Shown in pieces: positions 28,219 to 37,149 of a DNA stretch of 64,000 bases (its first letter is position 1; each line of letters starts with the position of its first letter). The position numbers and the translations under genes were made by a program. Origin of the DNA: Bacteroidales bacterium (GTDB lineage Bacteria; Bacteroidota; Bacteroidia; Bacteroidales; VadinHA17). The stretch is taken from contig DATKTA010000008.1 of NCBI GenBank assembly GCA_035531395.1, positions 13,767 through 77,766 of the forward strand, in the 5' to 3' direction. The notes below the pieces were generated by a model that ran no database searches, was not told the DNA's origin, and worked only from the letters and a program-made list of their open reading frames with translations.

Positions 28219-28584
28219 ATGAAGGAGAATATTTTAAAAACAAAATCTTATGAGTTTGCACTTACTATTATTAGACTATATCGTGAGCTTTCTTCGGAGA
28301 AGATGGAATTTGTTCTCTCAAAACAAATGCTTAGATCAGGTACTTCTATAGGGGCAAATGTAGAGGAAGCAAATCAGGCAGAATCAAAAAAAGATTTTAT
28401 ACATAAACTTGGCATTGCTCAGAAGGAAGCTAATGAAACTCATTATTGGATTCGATTATTAAGTGATACTGACCTGATTGATCAAAAGAAATCAATACGA
28501 TTAATTAATGATTGTGAGGAATTAATAAGACTTATAACATCTTCAATCAAAACGGCAAAAAATAATATGGATAATGCTAACTGA
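28219..28584 (+). CDS. Four-helix-bundle protein (23S rRNA intervening-sequence protein / Avd-like family)
   Basis: The 121-aa sequence SYEFALTIIRLYREL...RSGTSIGANVEEA...KDFIHKLGIAQKEANETHYWIRLL is characteristic of this family. Confidence 0.8.
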   Translation: MKENILKTKSYEFALTIIRLYRELSSEKMEFVLSKQMLRSGTSIGANVEEANQAESKKDFIHKLGIAQKEANETHYWIRLLSDTDLIDQKKSIRLINDCEELIRLITSSIKTAKNNMDNAN

Positions 28585-28586
28585 AG

Positions 28587-28600
28587 TAATGCTAAATTAA
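28587..28600. repeat. Right copy of the 14-bp direct repeat TAATGCTAAATTAA
   Basis: It is identical to 28177..28190 and runs directly into the heptamer array. Confidence 0.9.
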
Positions 28601-28766
28601 GCATTAAGCATTAAGCATTAAGCATTAAGCATTAAGCATTAAGCATTAAGCATTAAGCATTAAGCATTAAGCATCAAGCATTAAGCATTAAGCATTAAGC
28701 ATTAAGCATTAAGCATTAACCATTAACCATTAAGCATTAAGCATTAACCATTAACCATTAAGCATT
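28596..28766. repeat. Heptanucleotide microsatellite, about 24 units of GCATTAA with one GCATCAA and four CCATTAA variants
   Basis: Read directly from the sequence. It ends 9 nt before the ATG at 28776. The unit carries TAA on both strands and is not a multiple of 3, so all six frames are closed. Confidence 0.95.
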
Positions 28767-28775
28767 GACATCTCA

Positions 28776-29879
28776 ATGACAGTTCGGGAACGAATATTGA
28801 CCATACTCAAAGGAGAACAACCCGACCAGGTGCCATGGTTTGGTGATCTTGACTACTGGGCAAACTCACTGGTAAAAAGAGGATTAAAGCCAAAAGATTT
28901 TATTTTATCAGACGATTATATAAAGTGGCACAAAGAGCTTGGAGTTGGATTCTATCTCCAGGGATATTTCCCATATAAACAGATAATTTCAAATTGCTGC
29001 ATCAAAGATTGGCGGGAAGGGAACAAACATTTTAAGCTGATCGAAACACCGGTAGGATCAGTAAGGGAGTGCTGGGAGTACGTTCCGAATTCTTACTGCG
29101 ATGCACCTGTAGAACATTTCATGAAATCGGAAACTGAGATTCCAATCATGAAATATATTTACGGGAATACAAGGTTTGAACCTGATTATGACCAGGCATA
29201 TCTGAGAAAAAAGCAGGTGGGAGACCAGGGAGTAGTTCTTTGTTATCTTCCGAAAAGCCCATTCATGCACTTGCTGGCTCTTGAGGCCGGTGTGATGGCG
29301 GTAACTCTTTCTGCATTGACCGCTCCCGATGAATTCAGTGACCTGCTCAATACTATGAAGAAAGCCTTCGACCAGGCTGCTCAGATTGCAGTAGACAGTC
29401 CTGCCGAGGTGCTGATGATCCCTGAGAACCTCTCTTCGGAAATGGTGGGGCCTGATCTGTTTGAAATGTATATGTTTGATTATCAGAAGGAGTGGACCAC
29501 AAAGATCAGGGAAGCCGGTAAATATTCGTATATTCATATAGATGGTACTCTGGCAGGATTGCTTAAAGATGAGGCTGGTGTGGGATTTACTGTACTTGAA
29601 GCATTGACTCCGCATCCTGTGGGTGATATGAAATGGGAAGAACTTGAACCATTTATTGGTGATTCAAAGAGTATCCTTTGGGGTGGAATTCCCGGCTCAT
29701 ATTTTACAGATTGTGTTGATGATGAAGAGTTTGACAGGCATGTAAAATATTTACTTGGAATAATGACCAGGAATCCAAGGTATGTACTTGGTGTTGCCGA
29801 TCAGGTCCCTCCTGATGGGTTGGAAAGAAGAGTTAAAAGGGTAAGCGAACTTGTAAATGAATTTGGAAATTATATTTAA
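28776..29879 (+). CDS. URO-D/MtaA-like family protein, paralog 2
   Basis: The N-terminus is TVRERILTILKGEQPDQVPWF. It has H-I-D-G at the MT2 zinc-motif position and lacks RQAGR. Confidence 0.65.
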   Translation: MTVRERILTILKGEQPDQVPWFGDLDYWANSLVKRGLKPKDFILSDDYIKWHKELGVGFYLQGYFPYKQIISNCCIKDWREGNKHFKLIETPVGSVRECWEYVPNSYCDAPVEHFMKSETEIPIMKYIYGNTRFEPDYDQAYLRKKQVGDQGVVLCYLPKSPFMHLLALEAGVMAVTLSALTAPDEFSDLLNTMKKAFDQAAQIAVDSPAEVLMIPENLSSEMVGPDLFEMYMFDYQKEWTTKIREAGKYSYIHIDGTLAGLLKDEAGVGFTVLEALTPHPVGDMKWEELEPFIGDSKSILWGGIPGSYFTDCVDDEEFDRHVKYLLGIMTRNPRYVLGVADQVPPDGLERRVKRVSELVNEFGNYI

Positions 29880-29901
29880 TGCTGAATGATTAATTATAGT
29901 T

Positions 29902-29922
29902 ACATTAACCATTAACCATTAA
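29902..29922. repeat. Three (A/C)CATTAA heptamers immediately upstream of the ATG at 29927
   Basis: The sequence is acattaa ccattaa ccattaa, followed by tatc and the ATG. Confidence 0.85.
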
Positions 29923-29926
29923 TATC

Positions 29927-30949
29927 ATGAATGGATTTGAACGTATAAATGCTGCCTTAAAAGGTAAAAAGCCAGATAAAATACCAGTTATGTTGCATAA
30001 CTTTTTGATGGCTGCAAGGGAACATGGTGTTACAATGGAACAATATCGGAACAGTCCGAAAGTAATTGCCGAAACTTTTATTTCAGCAGTCGAAAAGTAT
30101 CAGTATGACGGGATACTTGTTGATATTGACACTGTTACACTGGCCGGAGCAGTCGGGGTTAAAGTCGATTTCCCAGTTAATGACGCTGCCCGTTCGCATG
30201 ATGGAAATATAGCCGAACTAGATGATGTTTTTAAGCTTAAGCCGGTAATTGTTGGTGATTATAAGTATATCCAGATATGGCTTGAGGCAGTAAGACTACT
30301 TAAAGAGTATTTTAAGGATGAGATCTATATCAGGGGCAATTGCGATCAGGCTCCTTTCTCACTGGCAAGCATGATGAGAGGTGCTCAGCCATGGATGCTC
30401 GATCTGATGATGGGTACCGAAGAACAGATTACCTTCCTCCTTGAATATTGTACCGATGCAACATCTCAGTTCATTAAGCTGATGGCCCAGACAGAATGCG
30501 ATATGGTTTCAAATGGAGATAGTCCTGCAGGTCCCGAAATGATCTCTGAAGATATGTTTGCAAAGTATGCCATGCCTTATGAAAAGAGAATAGTCGATAT
30601 AGCCCACAGCGTGGGTAAAGCCTATGCAATACATATATGTGGAGATACAGAAGTCATACTCGGACATATGAAGAATATTGGAGCTGATGCATACGAGCTT
30701 GATTACAAGACAGATATAAAAAATATTTACAGTATGTTCAATGATTCAGCCACCCTGATAGGGAATATTGATCCAAGCGGTGTTCTGGCACTCGGAAGTG
30801 TTGATGAGGTAAAGAAAAAGACACTTGAGCTGCTTGATGTTTACAGGAATTCCAATCGTTTCATTCTTAATGCGGGTTGTGCTCTTCCTCCAACAACCCC
30901 ATCTGCTAACCTGAGGGCAATGATAGAAACTGCGAGAAATTTCAGGTAG
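29927..30949 (+). CDS. URO-D/MtaA-like family protein, paralog 3 (retains an H-x-C-G zinc-type motif)
   Basis: The N-terminus is FERINAALKGKKPDKIPVM. AIHICGDT (HICG at 30632..30643) and a later NAGCALPP resemble the H-x-C...C zinc ligands of MT2 methyltransferases. Confidence 0.65.
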   Translation: MNGFERINAALKGKKPDKIPVMLHNFLMAAREHGVTMEQYRNSPKVIAETFISAVEKYQYDGILVDIDTVTLAGAVGVKVDFPVNDAARSHDGNIAELDDVFKLKPVIVGDYKYIQIWLEAVRLLKEYFKDEIYIRGNCDQAPFSLASMMRGAQPWMLDLMMGTEEQITFLLEYCTDATSQFIKLMAQTECDMVSNGDSPAGPEMISEDMFAKYAMPYEKRIVDIAHSVGKAYAIHICGDTEVILGHMKNIGADAYELDYKTDIKNIYSMFNDSATLIGNIDPSGVLALGSVDEVKKKTLELLDVYRNSNRFILNAGCALPPTTPSANLRAMIETARNFR

Positions 30950-30957
30950 ATTATTCC

Positions 30958-31061
30958 TGTCCCATAGGGAAATAAGAAAGGTACATTAACAAACGTGTCC
31001 CGTAGGGACATGATGGTAGCTACGAGAATCACCGTTGTTGGTTGCGTCCCGTACGGGACGC
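30958..31061. repeat. CCC-GTA-GGG type short palindromic REP-like hairpins
   Basis: The hairpins are tgtcccgtagggaca (31006..31020) and the perfect 18-nt palindrome gcgtcccgtacgggacgc (31044..31061). A related tcccataggga lies at about 30960. Confidence 0.7.
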
Positions 31062-31252
31062 CAGATCATCGTGGCATCTGTTTTTACCGATCTGTTGTGC
31101 CTACTTCACAGAAAAAGAAGATGCAATTGTCAAACATCATCAGCCTCTGGGACCTCTGTGATCACGATAATTATCGGGACTATAGGAGCCTCTTTTAAAT
31201 TCTTAATGGTTTTTATCTTATATTTGATTACCTAACCAATAATTCCAAATAA

Positions 31253-32008
31253 ATGCTAGAAAATAGAAAAACTCTTATTTTGTTGATTGTAACATTTGTT
31301 ACAATTTCATACACCTCTGCACAGGAGGCGATGATCTCATTCGGGAAATCATCATCACTTGATAAAGCTCTTTTCAAAACAAAAGAAAAAGAGCAGCCGC
31401 TGTTATGGAAAAATGTAAATACTGATCCCGATACCTGGCATGTGGAAAAGGATCTGCTGCTATGCACAGGTAAACCCATTGGTGTCATGAGATCAGAAAA
31501 ACAGTATGAGAATTTCATTCTGCATATAGAGTGGATGCACATGGAAGCAGGAGGCAATTCCGGTACATTTGTATGGAGTAATGCCACTCCTCCGGAAGGA
31601 GGAAATCTTCCGAATGGTGTTGAGGTTCAAATGCTTGAACTTGAATGGGTTAATCTGAATAAAAAAGATGGAGTCACCCCGCCCATAGCATATGTTCATG
31701 GCGAATTATTCGGTGTGGGAGGCGTAACTACAGTACCTGATAACCCCCGGGGCACCAGGAGCAAGTCGATCGAAAACCGCTGCAAAGGAAAAGGTGAATG
31801 GAACACATATGATGTTGTTTGTGTTGACGGGGTTGTTAAACTTTCGGTTAATGGTAAGTTTGTGAATGGGGTTGCAGGTGCAACACAGAAGAAGGGCTAT
31901 ATCTGCCTTGAATCGGAAGGAGCTCCCATCCACTTCCGTAATATCAGAATAATTGAATTGCCGGCAGGAGTAACTTCACCGGAACAAATAGCACCAGAAC
32001 TAAAATGA
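31253..32008 (+). CDS. DUF1080 (3-keto-disaccharide hydrolase-like, concanavalin fold) protein, secreted
   Basis: It has a signal peptide. The segments [21 protein letters not shown] and [22 protein letters not shown] are typical of DUF1080. Confidence 0.7.
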   Translation: MLENRKTLILLIVTFVTISYTSAQEAMISFGKSSSLDKALFKTKEKEQPLLWKNVNTDPDTWHVEKDLLLCTGKPIGVMRSEKQYENFILHIEWMHMEAGGNSGTFVWSNATPPEGGNLPNGVEVQMLELEWVNLNKKDGVTPPIAYVHGELFGVGGVTTVPDNPRGTRSKSIENRCKGKGEWNTYDVVCVDGVVKLSVNGKFVNGVAGATQKKGYICLESEGAPIHFRNIRIIELPAGVTSPEQIAPELK

Positions 32009-33135
32009 AAGACACAGAAAAAACTTCTCCGGGTACCGGTAAAGGACGGTTATTATCTCTTGATGCACTCAGGGGCTTCGATATGCTCTGGATAATAGGA
32101 GGCAGTGGAGTCATATCAGCTCTTGCAGATAATACGGATGCCGGCTGGCTGCAGGCTCTTGCTGTTCAGATGACGCATGTGACATGGAATGGATTTCATT
32201 TCTATGATCTTATATTTCCATTGTTCATGTTCATATCAGGGATCGCAATACCATTTTCTGTTAAATCGGCATTGTCGAAGAACCCTTCAAGAAACAAGTT
32301 GATACTCAGGGTATTCAAAAGAATGATTATCCTTATCATTCTTGGGATTCTGTACAATGGGGTCTTTAAAGATGGTTTCGCCAATGCAAGATATGCAAGC
32401 GTTCTGGGACAGATAGGGGTGGCTTATTTTTTTGCTTCGTTAATATATATATTCTCAGGATCCGTAAAAGCGACATTATACTGGATATGCGGTATACTTG
32501 CAGGAGTTTCAGTCATGCAGCTTTTTATACCTGTACCCGGAGTCGGAGCAGGTGTTTTTACTCCCGAAGGTTCCATGAACGGGTATATCGACCGGTTATA
32601 TCTGCCCGGCAGGCTGGCATATTTCAATGGCATTTTTGATGCTCTTGGAATATTATCAGTTGTTTCGGCAATAGGCATAACACTGATGGGAATAATTGCC
32701 GGAAAGATTCTGCAGGAAAAGTCCTTGTCGGAATATAGGAAAACAGGAATCCTCGCACTTATCGGAATAGTTTTAATACCAATTGCAGTTCTTTTATCTC
32801 CTATTTATCCAATTATAAAAGTCTGTTGGACAACTACATATAATCTACTTGCAGGAGGGATCAGTTTCCTGCTTATCGCTCTGTTTTATCTCATTATAGA
32901 TGTCTGGGGTTATAAGAAATGGTCTTTCTTTTTCAGGGTCATCGGAATGAACTCGATCTTTATTTATCTCTTCTCGAGAATTGTTTCTGTTGGAAATATT
33001 ACAGCCTTTTTTACTGGTTGGATTGTTAAACCTATGGGTGATGCAGGAAGTGTTGTTGCTGTATTGTTTGTAATTGCGGCAGAGTGGCTATTGCTATGGT
33101 ATATGTATAGAAAAAGTATTTTTGTGAAGGTATAA
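32005..33135 (+). CDS. DUF5009 / heparan-alpha-glucosaminide N-acetyltransferase (HGSNAT)-like membrane acyltransferase
   Basis: The N-terminus is [19 protein letters not shown] and the protein is polytopic. It overlaps the upstream gene in an ATGA overlap. Confidence 0.6.
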   Translation: MKDTEKTSPGTGKGRLLSLDALRGFDMLWIIGGSGVISALADNTDAGWLQALAVQMTHVTWNGFHFYDLIFPLFMFISGIAIPFSVKSALSKNPSRNKLILRVFKRMIILIILGILYNGVFKDGFANARYASVLGQIGVAYFFASLIYIFSGSVKATLYWICGILAGVSVMQLFIPVPGVGAGVFTPEGSMNGYIDRLYLPGRLAYFNGIFDALGILSVVSAIGITLMGIIAGKILQEKSLSEYRKTGILALIGIVLIPIAVLLSPIYPIIKVCWTTTYNLLAGGISFLLIALFYLIIDVWGYKKWSFFFRVIGMNSIFIYLFSRIVSVGNITAFFTGWIVKPMGDAGSVVAVLFVIAAEWLLLWYMYRKSIFVKV

Positions 33136-33145
33136 GGCGTACAAA

Positions 33146-33315
33146 GGCCCCCGGCCTCCGCCAGCCGGCTGAGTCCTCCCCCCTGAAGGGGGTATAAATA
33201 CTGCCGATTACCAATATTAGTAAAGAACCGAAGATCAACTCCCCCTTTAGGTGGGAAGGGGGGCCTAAAAGACTGGCAGCGAACCCCTTCAGGGGGCCAG
33301 GTGGGAAGGGGGACT
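33146..33315. repeat. G/C-tract REP-like hairpins (CCCCC..GGGGG type)
   Basis: The hairpin ccccctgaaggggg lies at 33178..33192. The unit aggtgggaaggggg occurs twice, at about 33249 and 33299, and ccccttcaggggg is also present. The family is related to elements at about 21901 and 59154..59280. Confidence 0.65.
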
Positions 33316-33401
33316 GATATAAACGACAGAATATTTGAATAAGATATTGCTTTAAATATCTGAATATTAAATTAATATATAGCTAATATAATTCTCAGAT
33401 T

Positions 33402-34829
33402 ATGAAATTTTCCAGAGTTCTCCTGTTACTTATAACTGTATCATTACTAACAGCATGTAGTTCTGATAAACCACCTGTTCCTCTTTCCATTCACCCTCAG
33501 AATCCTCACTACTTTTTGTTCCGCAATAATCCTGTTGTTCTAATCGGCTCAACAGAACACTACGGTGCTGTTATGAATCTCGATTTTGATTATGTACGTT
33601 ACCTGGATGAACTGGCAGAATGCGGACTGAATGTTACCAGGACTTTCTCGGGAATTTATGTCGAGCCTGCAGGGGCGTTCGGCATTGCAAAGAATACTAT
33701 GGCTCCGGATCCGGAAAGATATATTGCTCCCTGGGCAAGAAGTTCAGAGGCAGGATATTCAAACGGTGGCAACAAATTTGATCTTTCTTTATGGGATGAG
33801 GAGTATTTTGCACGGCTAAAAGATTTTGTTGACCAGGCAGGTACAAGGAATATTATAGTGGAACTCGATCTCTTCTCTAATTTTTATGATACCATACAAT
33901 GGAAGCTCTCACCTCTTAATTCAATAAATAATATCAACGGTATTGGCAGTATTAAAGATCATAAAGAGATACTCTCCTTAAGGCATCCTGACATTCTTTC
34001 TGAGCAGGAGAAGATGGTTAACAAGATTATTGATGAGCTGAAGGATTTTGATAATCTCTATTATGAAGTATGCAATGAACCATATTTCGGGGATACTATT
34101 GCTCTCAGGGAATGGGAAGTTCACATGACTTCAGTTGTTGCTGAAGCTGAAAAAGATTTTGTTAATAAACATCTTGTTTCCAATAATGTACAGAATTTTA
34201 AGAAATTCGTCCCGGTGCCCAGAAAGCATGTTTCGATCTACAATTTCCATTATGCAGAACCTCCTGTTACAGTACCTCTAAATTACCATTTAAACCTTCC
34301 TCTGGGCGATAATGAAACAGGATTCAGAGGTATTGACGACGCGACTTACCGGCGTGAAGCATGGAAATTCCTGATGGCTGGAGGAGCGCTGTTCAATCAT
34401 CTTGATTATTCTTTTACCGTTGATAGTGAGGATGGAAGTTTTATTGTAAAAAAAGGACAACCCGGAGGCGGGAGCAGGGCTCTCAGGGAGCAATTTAAGA
34501 TCCTCGCCGGATTTATGAGATCGCTGAATTTTATAGAAATGAAACCGTTAGGTGGTGATGCCGTTAAGCCAGATGTTGGGGGTGCAGCAATTAATGGTCT
34601 TGTTGAAGATGGAAAGGTGTGGGCACTCTACCTATCTGTAAAAGATACAGTAAGCAGATCTACAGTTTTGGAGATCGAACTTCCTGAAGGCTCATACGGC
34701 CTTACCTGGATCGACACCAAATCAGGAAGCGAAACAACTGAATCTCATAATGGTCATAACGACGGATGGCTGCAGGTCAAGTCACCCGTATATTTACAGG
34801 ACATTGCTCTTAAAATTGTAAAGAGGTAA
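33402..34829 (+). CDS. Lipoprotein, probable clan GH-A (GH5-like) TIM-barrel glycoside hydrolase
   Basis: The lipobox is LLTAC. YYEVCNEPYFGD contains the NEP acid/base motif typical of clan GH-A. Confidence 0.5.
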   Translation: MKFSRVLLLLITVSLLTACSSDKPPVPLSIHPQNPHYFLFRNNPVVLIGSTEHYGAVMNLDFDYVRYLDELAECGLNVTRTFSGIYVEPAGAFGIAKNTMAPDPERYIAPWARSSEAGYSNGGNKFDLSLWDEEYFARLKDFVDQAGTRNIIVELDLFSNFYDTIQWKLSPLNSINNINGIGSIKDHKEILSLRHPDILSEQEKMVNKIIDELKDFDNLYYEVCNEPYFGDTIALREWEVHMTSVVAEAEKDFVNKHLVSNNVQNFKKFVPVPRKHVSIYNFHYAEPPVTVPLNYHLNLPLGDNETGFRGIDDATYRREAWKFLMAGGALFNHLDYSFTVDSEDGSFIVKKGQPGGGSRALREQFKILAGFMRSLNFIEMKPLGGDAVKPDVGGAAINGLVEDGKVWALYLSVKDTVSRSTVLEIELPEGSYGLTWIDTKSGSETTESHNGHNDGWLQVKSPVYLQDIALKIVKR

Positions 34830-34885
34830 TTCAAAAGTCTGTTTTGAAATCCAATTTGTGCTCTCTGTGTTTATAAAGCAATTAA

Positions 34886-37081
34886 CTAATAAACCCAAAT
34901 CTCATCTGTGAAGAACCACACCGGATATCCCACACCATAATGCCAGGACGGCCCGATTCCTACATTTTCAAAGTGAACTTTTATATATCTTGCCTTAACC
35001 TTCTGTTTTGTTTTTACTTCATAGCTTACATACTTAACTTCCGGCGACCGGTCTTCCGGGATATCAACTTTTCCAAGCAATGAAAACTCTTTATTATCAA
35101 CTGAAGTATAACAGGTCATGCTTTTTGGAAGAAGTATCCACGATCCCAGCTTATGAAGAAAATCAGCTTCAACAACTTCTACTTCTTTGATCTCACCAAG
35201 ATCAACAATAAGCTCTCCATCATTCTTTTCCCATCCGACCCAGCTCTCATTGAAGGTGGCTCCTCCTAATAGTCCGTCAGTTAATGCTTTATCACCTATT
35301 TTATCGTATGGTTTATTCGGGGGCAGTGTGTAAGTTACAGGTGCGTTTTCTGCCAGACTTTTCCTGGGATTGGGCAGATTCCTTTTAAGATAAAGGTCGC
35401 AATACTCTTCAATAGTGTTTCTTCTTTCGTTCAGTGTAGTAACTCCCAGGATACTTGCCCTGTCCCTGAATAGCATCAGCTCTTTTTTGATCCTCTCCAC
35501 ATAATCCATCGGACCAGTTCTGGCAATCTCAAGTTCAGCAAACTGGATCGTTAACCTCTGCTGCCATACTCTTTTTAGAAGAACAGAATCTGAAGCAACT
35601 GATCTTTCAGCGTCATCAAACAGCTTCCTGTATGTTTTGAACAGATTTGGATTCAGCATGCCTGTCTTATGGGTTATCGGAGTATCATAAATCCACAATC
35701 CGATATTACTTCCCAGAAGTGCACCCTGCTGTATTTTAATATATTGATACAGGTATGTGGCAGCATCTCCGTAATAACCTTTCAGGAACGATCGAATGAC
35801 AGAATCCACATTGCAGTTAACATTCCATAGCAGCTTTGAAACCAGGTAACTTCTTAGTTCAGAGAAGTCTCCGCCTTTTATACTTGCTATCTGCGAGAAA
35901 TGCATGTTCACATTGTTCTTTTTGAACAGCTGCATGTTCGGCTGTAGGATATGTAGATTTGGAAATGGTGAAACATAGTTGTCGAAGTTGATTCCATAAT
36001 CCCATACAAAAATATTGTCTGATATTTCAGCCCATCCCTCAAGAGCTTTCATGAAGTGCTGACCTGATGGATTATCAGTCAATGGGACCTCCCTGTAGCA
36101 ATCTATATCGCAAAGCATGATGTTCACATTAGGCAGCGGCTTGATGTTTTTGGGCGGATTCATTGAATACAGGTAAGCCAGAGTTGAAAACTCCTTGTCG
36201 GGAAACCTGGCTGCCAGTTTGTTAAGGAAATAAGTTATGCTTCCGGAAGGTCCTCCTTCAGCATCATCAATTTTTTTACAATTTTCACACTGACAGTTTG
36301 TGAAATTGCCATCATTCTGACTGACGGAGATCATCTTCTGATCAGGATTTGCCTTGAATATCGAATCAATCCTGTGTGACACAATCTCAAAAACATCTTC
36401 ATTTGTAAGGCACCACTGGCTTGCCGATCCCGGGCGCCTCTCTCCGTTGATGAATGAGTAATATTCGGGGTGAGATTTGCCATATTTCGCAGAAGGAAGA
36501 AGCCGGTCGAAGGTATGTACCCAGTATCCTGCTGCAAATATCTCACGAGGGTCCTCCAGCCTGTTCCAGACTTTGTAAAGCGGATCAAGGGCCATACTAT
36601 ATGATTGTGTCTGCCTGTGCCGGAAGCTGGGGTTTTCAATCCTTTTTATACCGGAAGGCAGGGATAAACTGTTTCTTTGTGGATAGGTGACCTCATCGGC
36701 AGCATAATATCTTACACCGAGATACTCTTCCAGAAGGGTAACTACTCCATAAACAGTTCCCAATCCTTCACCTCCTTCGATAATAAAGGAGAGCTCGTTA
36801 GATGTCAACTTGAAACCATCTTCGATGATATCGGGAGAACGAAGCGTTTTAATAATAATATCACCGGCTTTTTCTTTTCCTCCCGGAGATGCAACAGGGA
36901 GAGTTGTTCCGGTAATTTTTTTAATAAAGTCATTAAGGAGTGTCGATGCCTGGCTTTCATTTTTGTTGTTCAGGTCTGTAATAATCCTTCCTGTTGCCTT
37001 ACCATCCCTTACAAGTTCTATACCGGCATGCAGGCTATGTGAAAGCATTACAGATATTATGAGGGCTGCAATTTTTTTCAT
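34886..37081 (-). CDS. DUF4838-like putative glycoside hydrolase with a C-terminal discoidin (F5/8 type C)-like domain
   Basis: It has a signal peptide. The N-terminal VRDGKATGRIIT pattern and the overall layout resemble Bacteroidota DUF4838 proteins. The assignment is from memory only. Confidence 0.4.
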   Translation of the reverse strand: MKKIAALIISVMLSHSLHAGIELVRDGKATGRIITDLNNKNESQASTLLNDFIKKITGTTLPVASPGGKEKAGDIIIKTLRSPDIIEDGFKLTSNELSFIIEGGEGLGTVYGVVTLLEEYLGVRYYAADEVTYPQRNSLSLPSGIKRIENPSFRHRQTQSYSMALDPLYKVWNRLEDPREIFAAGYWVHTFDRLLPSAKYGKSHPEYYSFINGERRPGSASQWCLTNEDVFEIVSHRIDSIFKANPDQKMISVSQNDGNFTNCQCENCKKIDDAEGGPSGSITYFLNKLAARFPDKEFSTLAYLYSMNPPKNIKPLPNVNIMLCDIDCYREVPLTDNPSGQHFMKALEGWAEISDNIFVWDYGINFDNYVSPFPNLHILQPNMQLFKKNNVNMHFSQIASIKGGDFSELRSYLVSKLLWNVNCNVDSVIRSFLKGYYGDAATYLYQYIKIQQGALLGSNIGLWIYDTPITHKTGMLNPNLFKTYRKLFDDAERSVASDSVLLKRVWQQRLTIQFAELEIARTGPMDYVERIKKELMLFRDRASILGVTTLNERRNTIEEYCDLYLKRNLPNPRKSLAENAPVTYTLPPNKPYDKIGDKALTDGLLGGATFNESWVGWEKNDGELIVDLGEIKEVEVVEADFLHKLGSWILLPKSMTCYTSVDNKEFSLLGKVDIPEDRSPEVKYVSYEVKTKQKVKARYIKVHFENVGIGPSWHYGVGYPVWFFTDEIWVY

Positions 37082-37149
37082 ATGGCTTAATATTTATAAT
37101 TATTTGATGCTCAGATGTGAAAGAAATAGTGTGTTATTTTGGTTTGTAA

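Noticed and set aside
28219-28584. Avd-like accessory protein of a diversity-generating retroelement
   Set aside because: No reverse transcriptase, template/variable repeat pair or target gene with a C-type lectin fold is present in the window.
28596-28766. Possible coding repeat or CRISPR-like array
   Set aside because: The 7-bp unit contains TAA on both strands, so every frame is closed within 21 nt. There are no spacers. It is a simple microsatellite.
22004-30949. HemE (uroporphyrinogen decarboxylase) for heme biosynthesis
   Set aside because: The locus holds three paralogs and none has the N-terminal RQAGR substrate motif of HemE. No other hem genes are nearby, and the genes are embedded among glycoside hydrolases.
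30995-31235. ORFs 30995..31198 and 31035..31235 as genes
   Set aside because: They overlap each other in an intergenic region made of palindromic REP-like hairpins, and their composition is atypical of the neighbouring genes.
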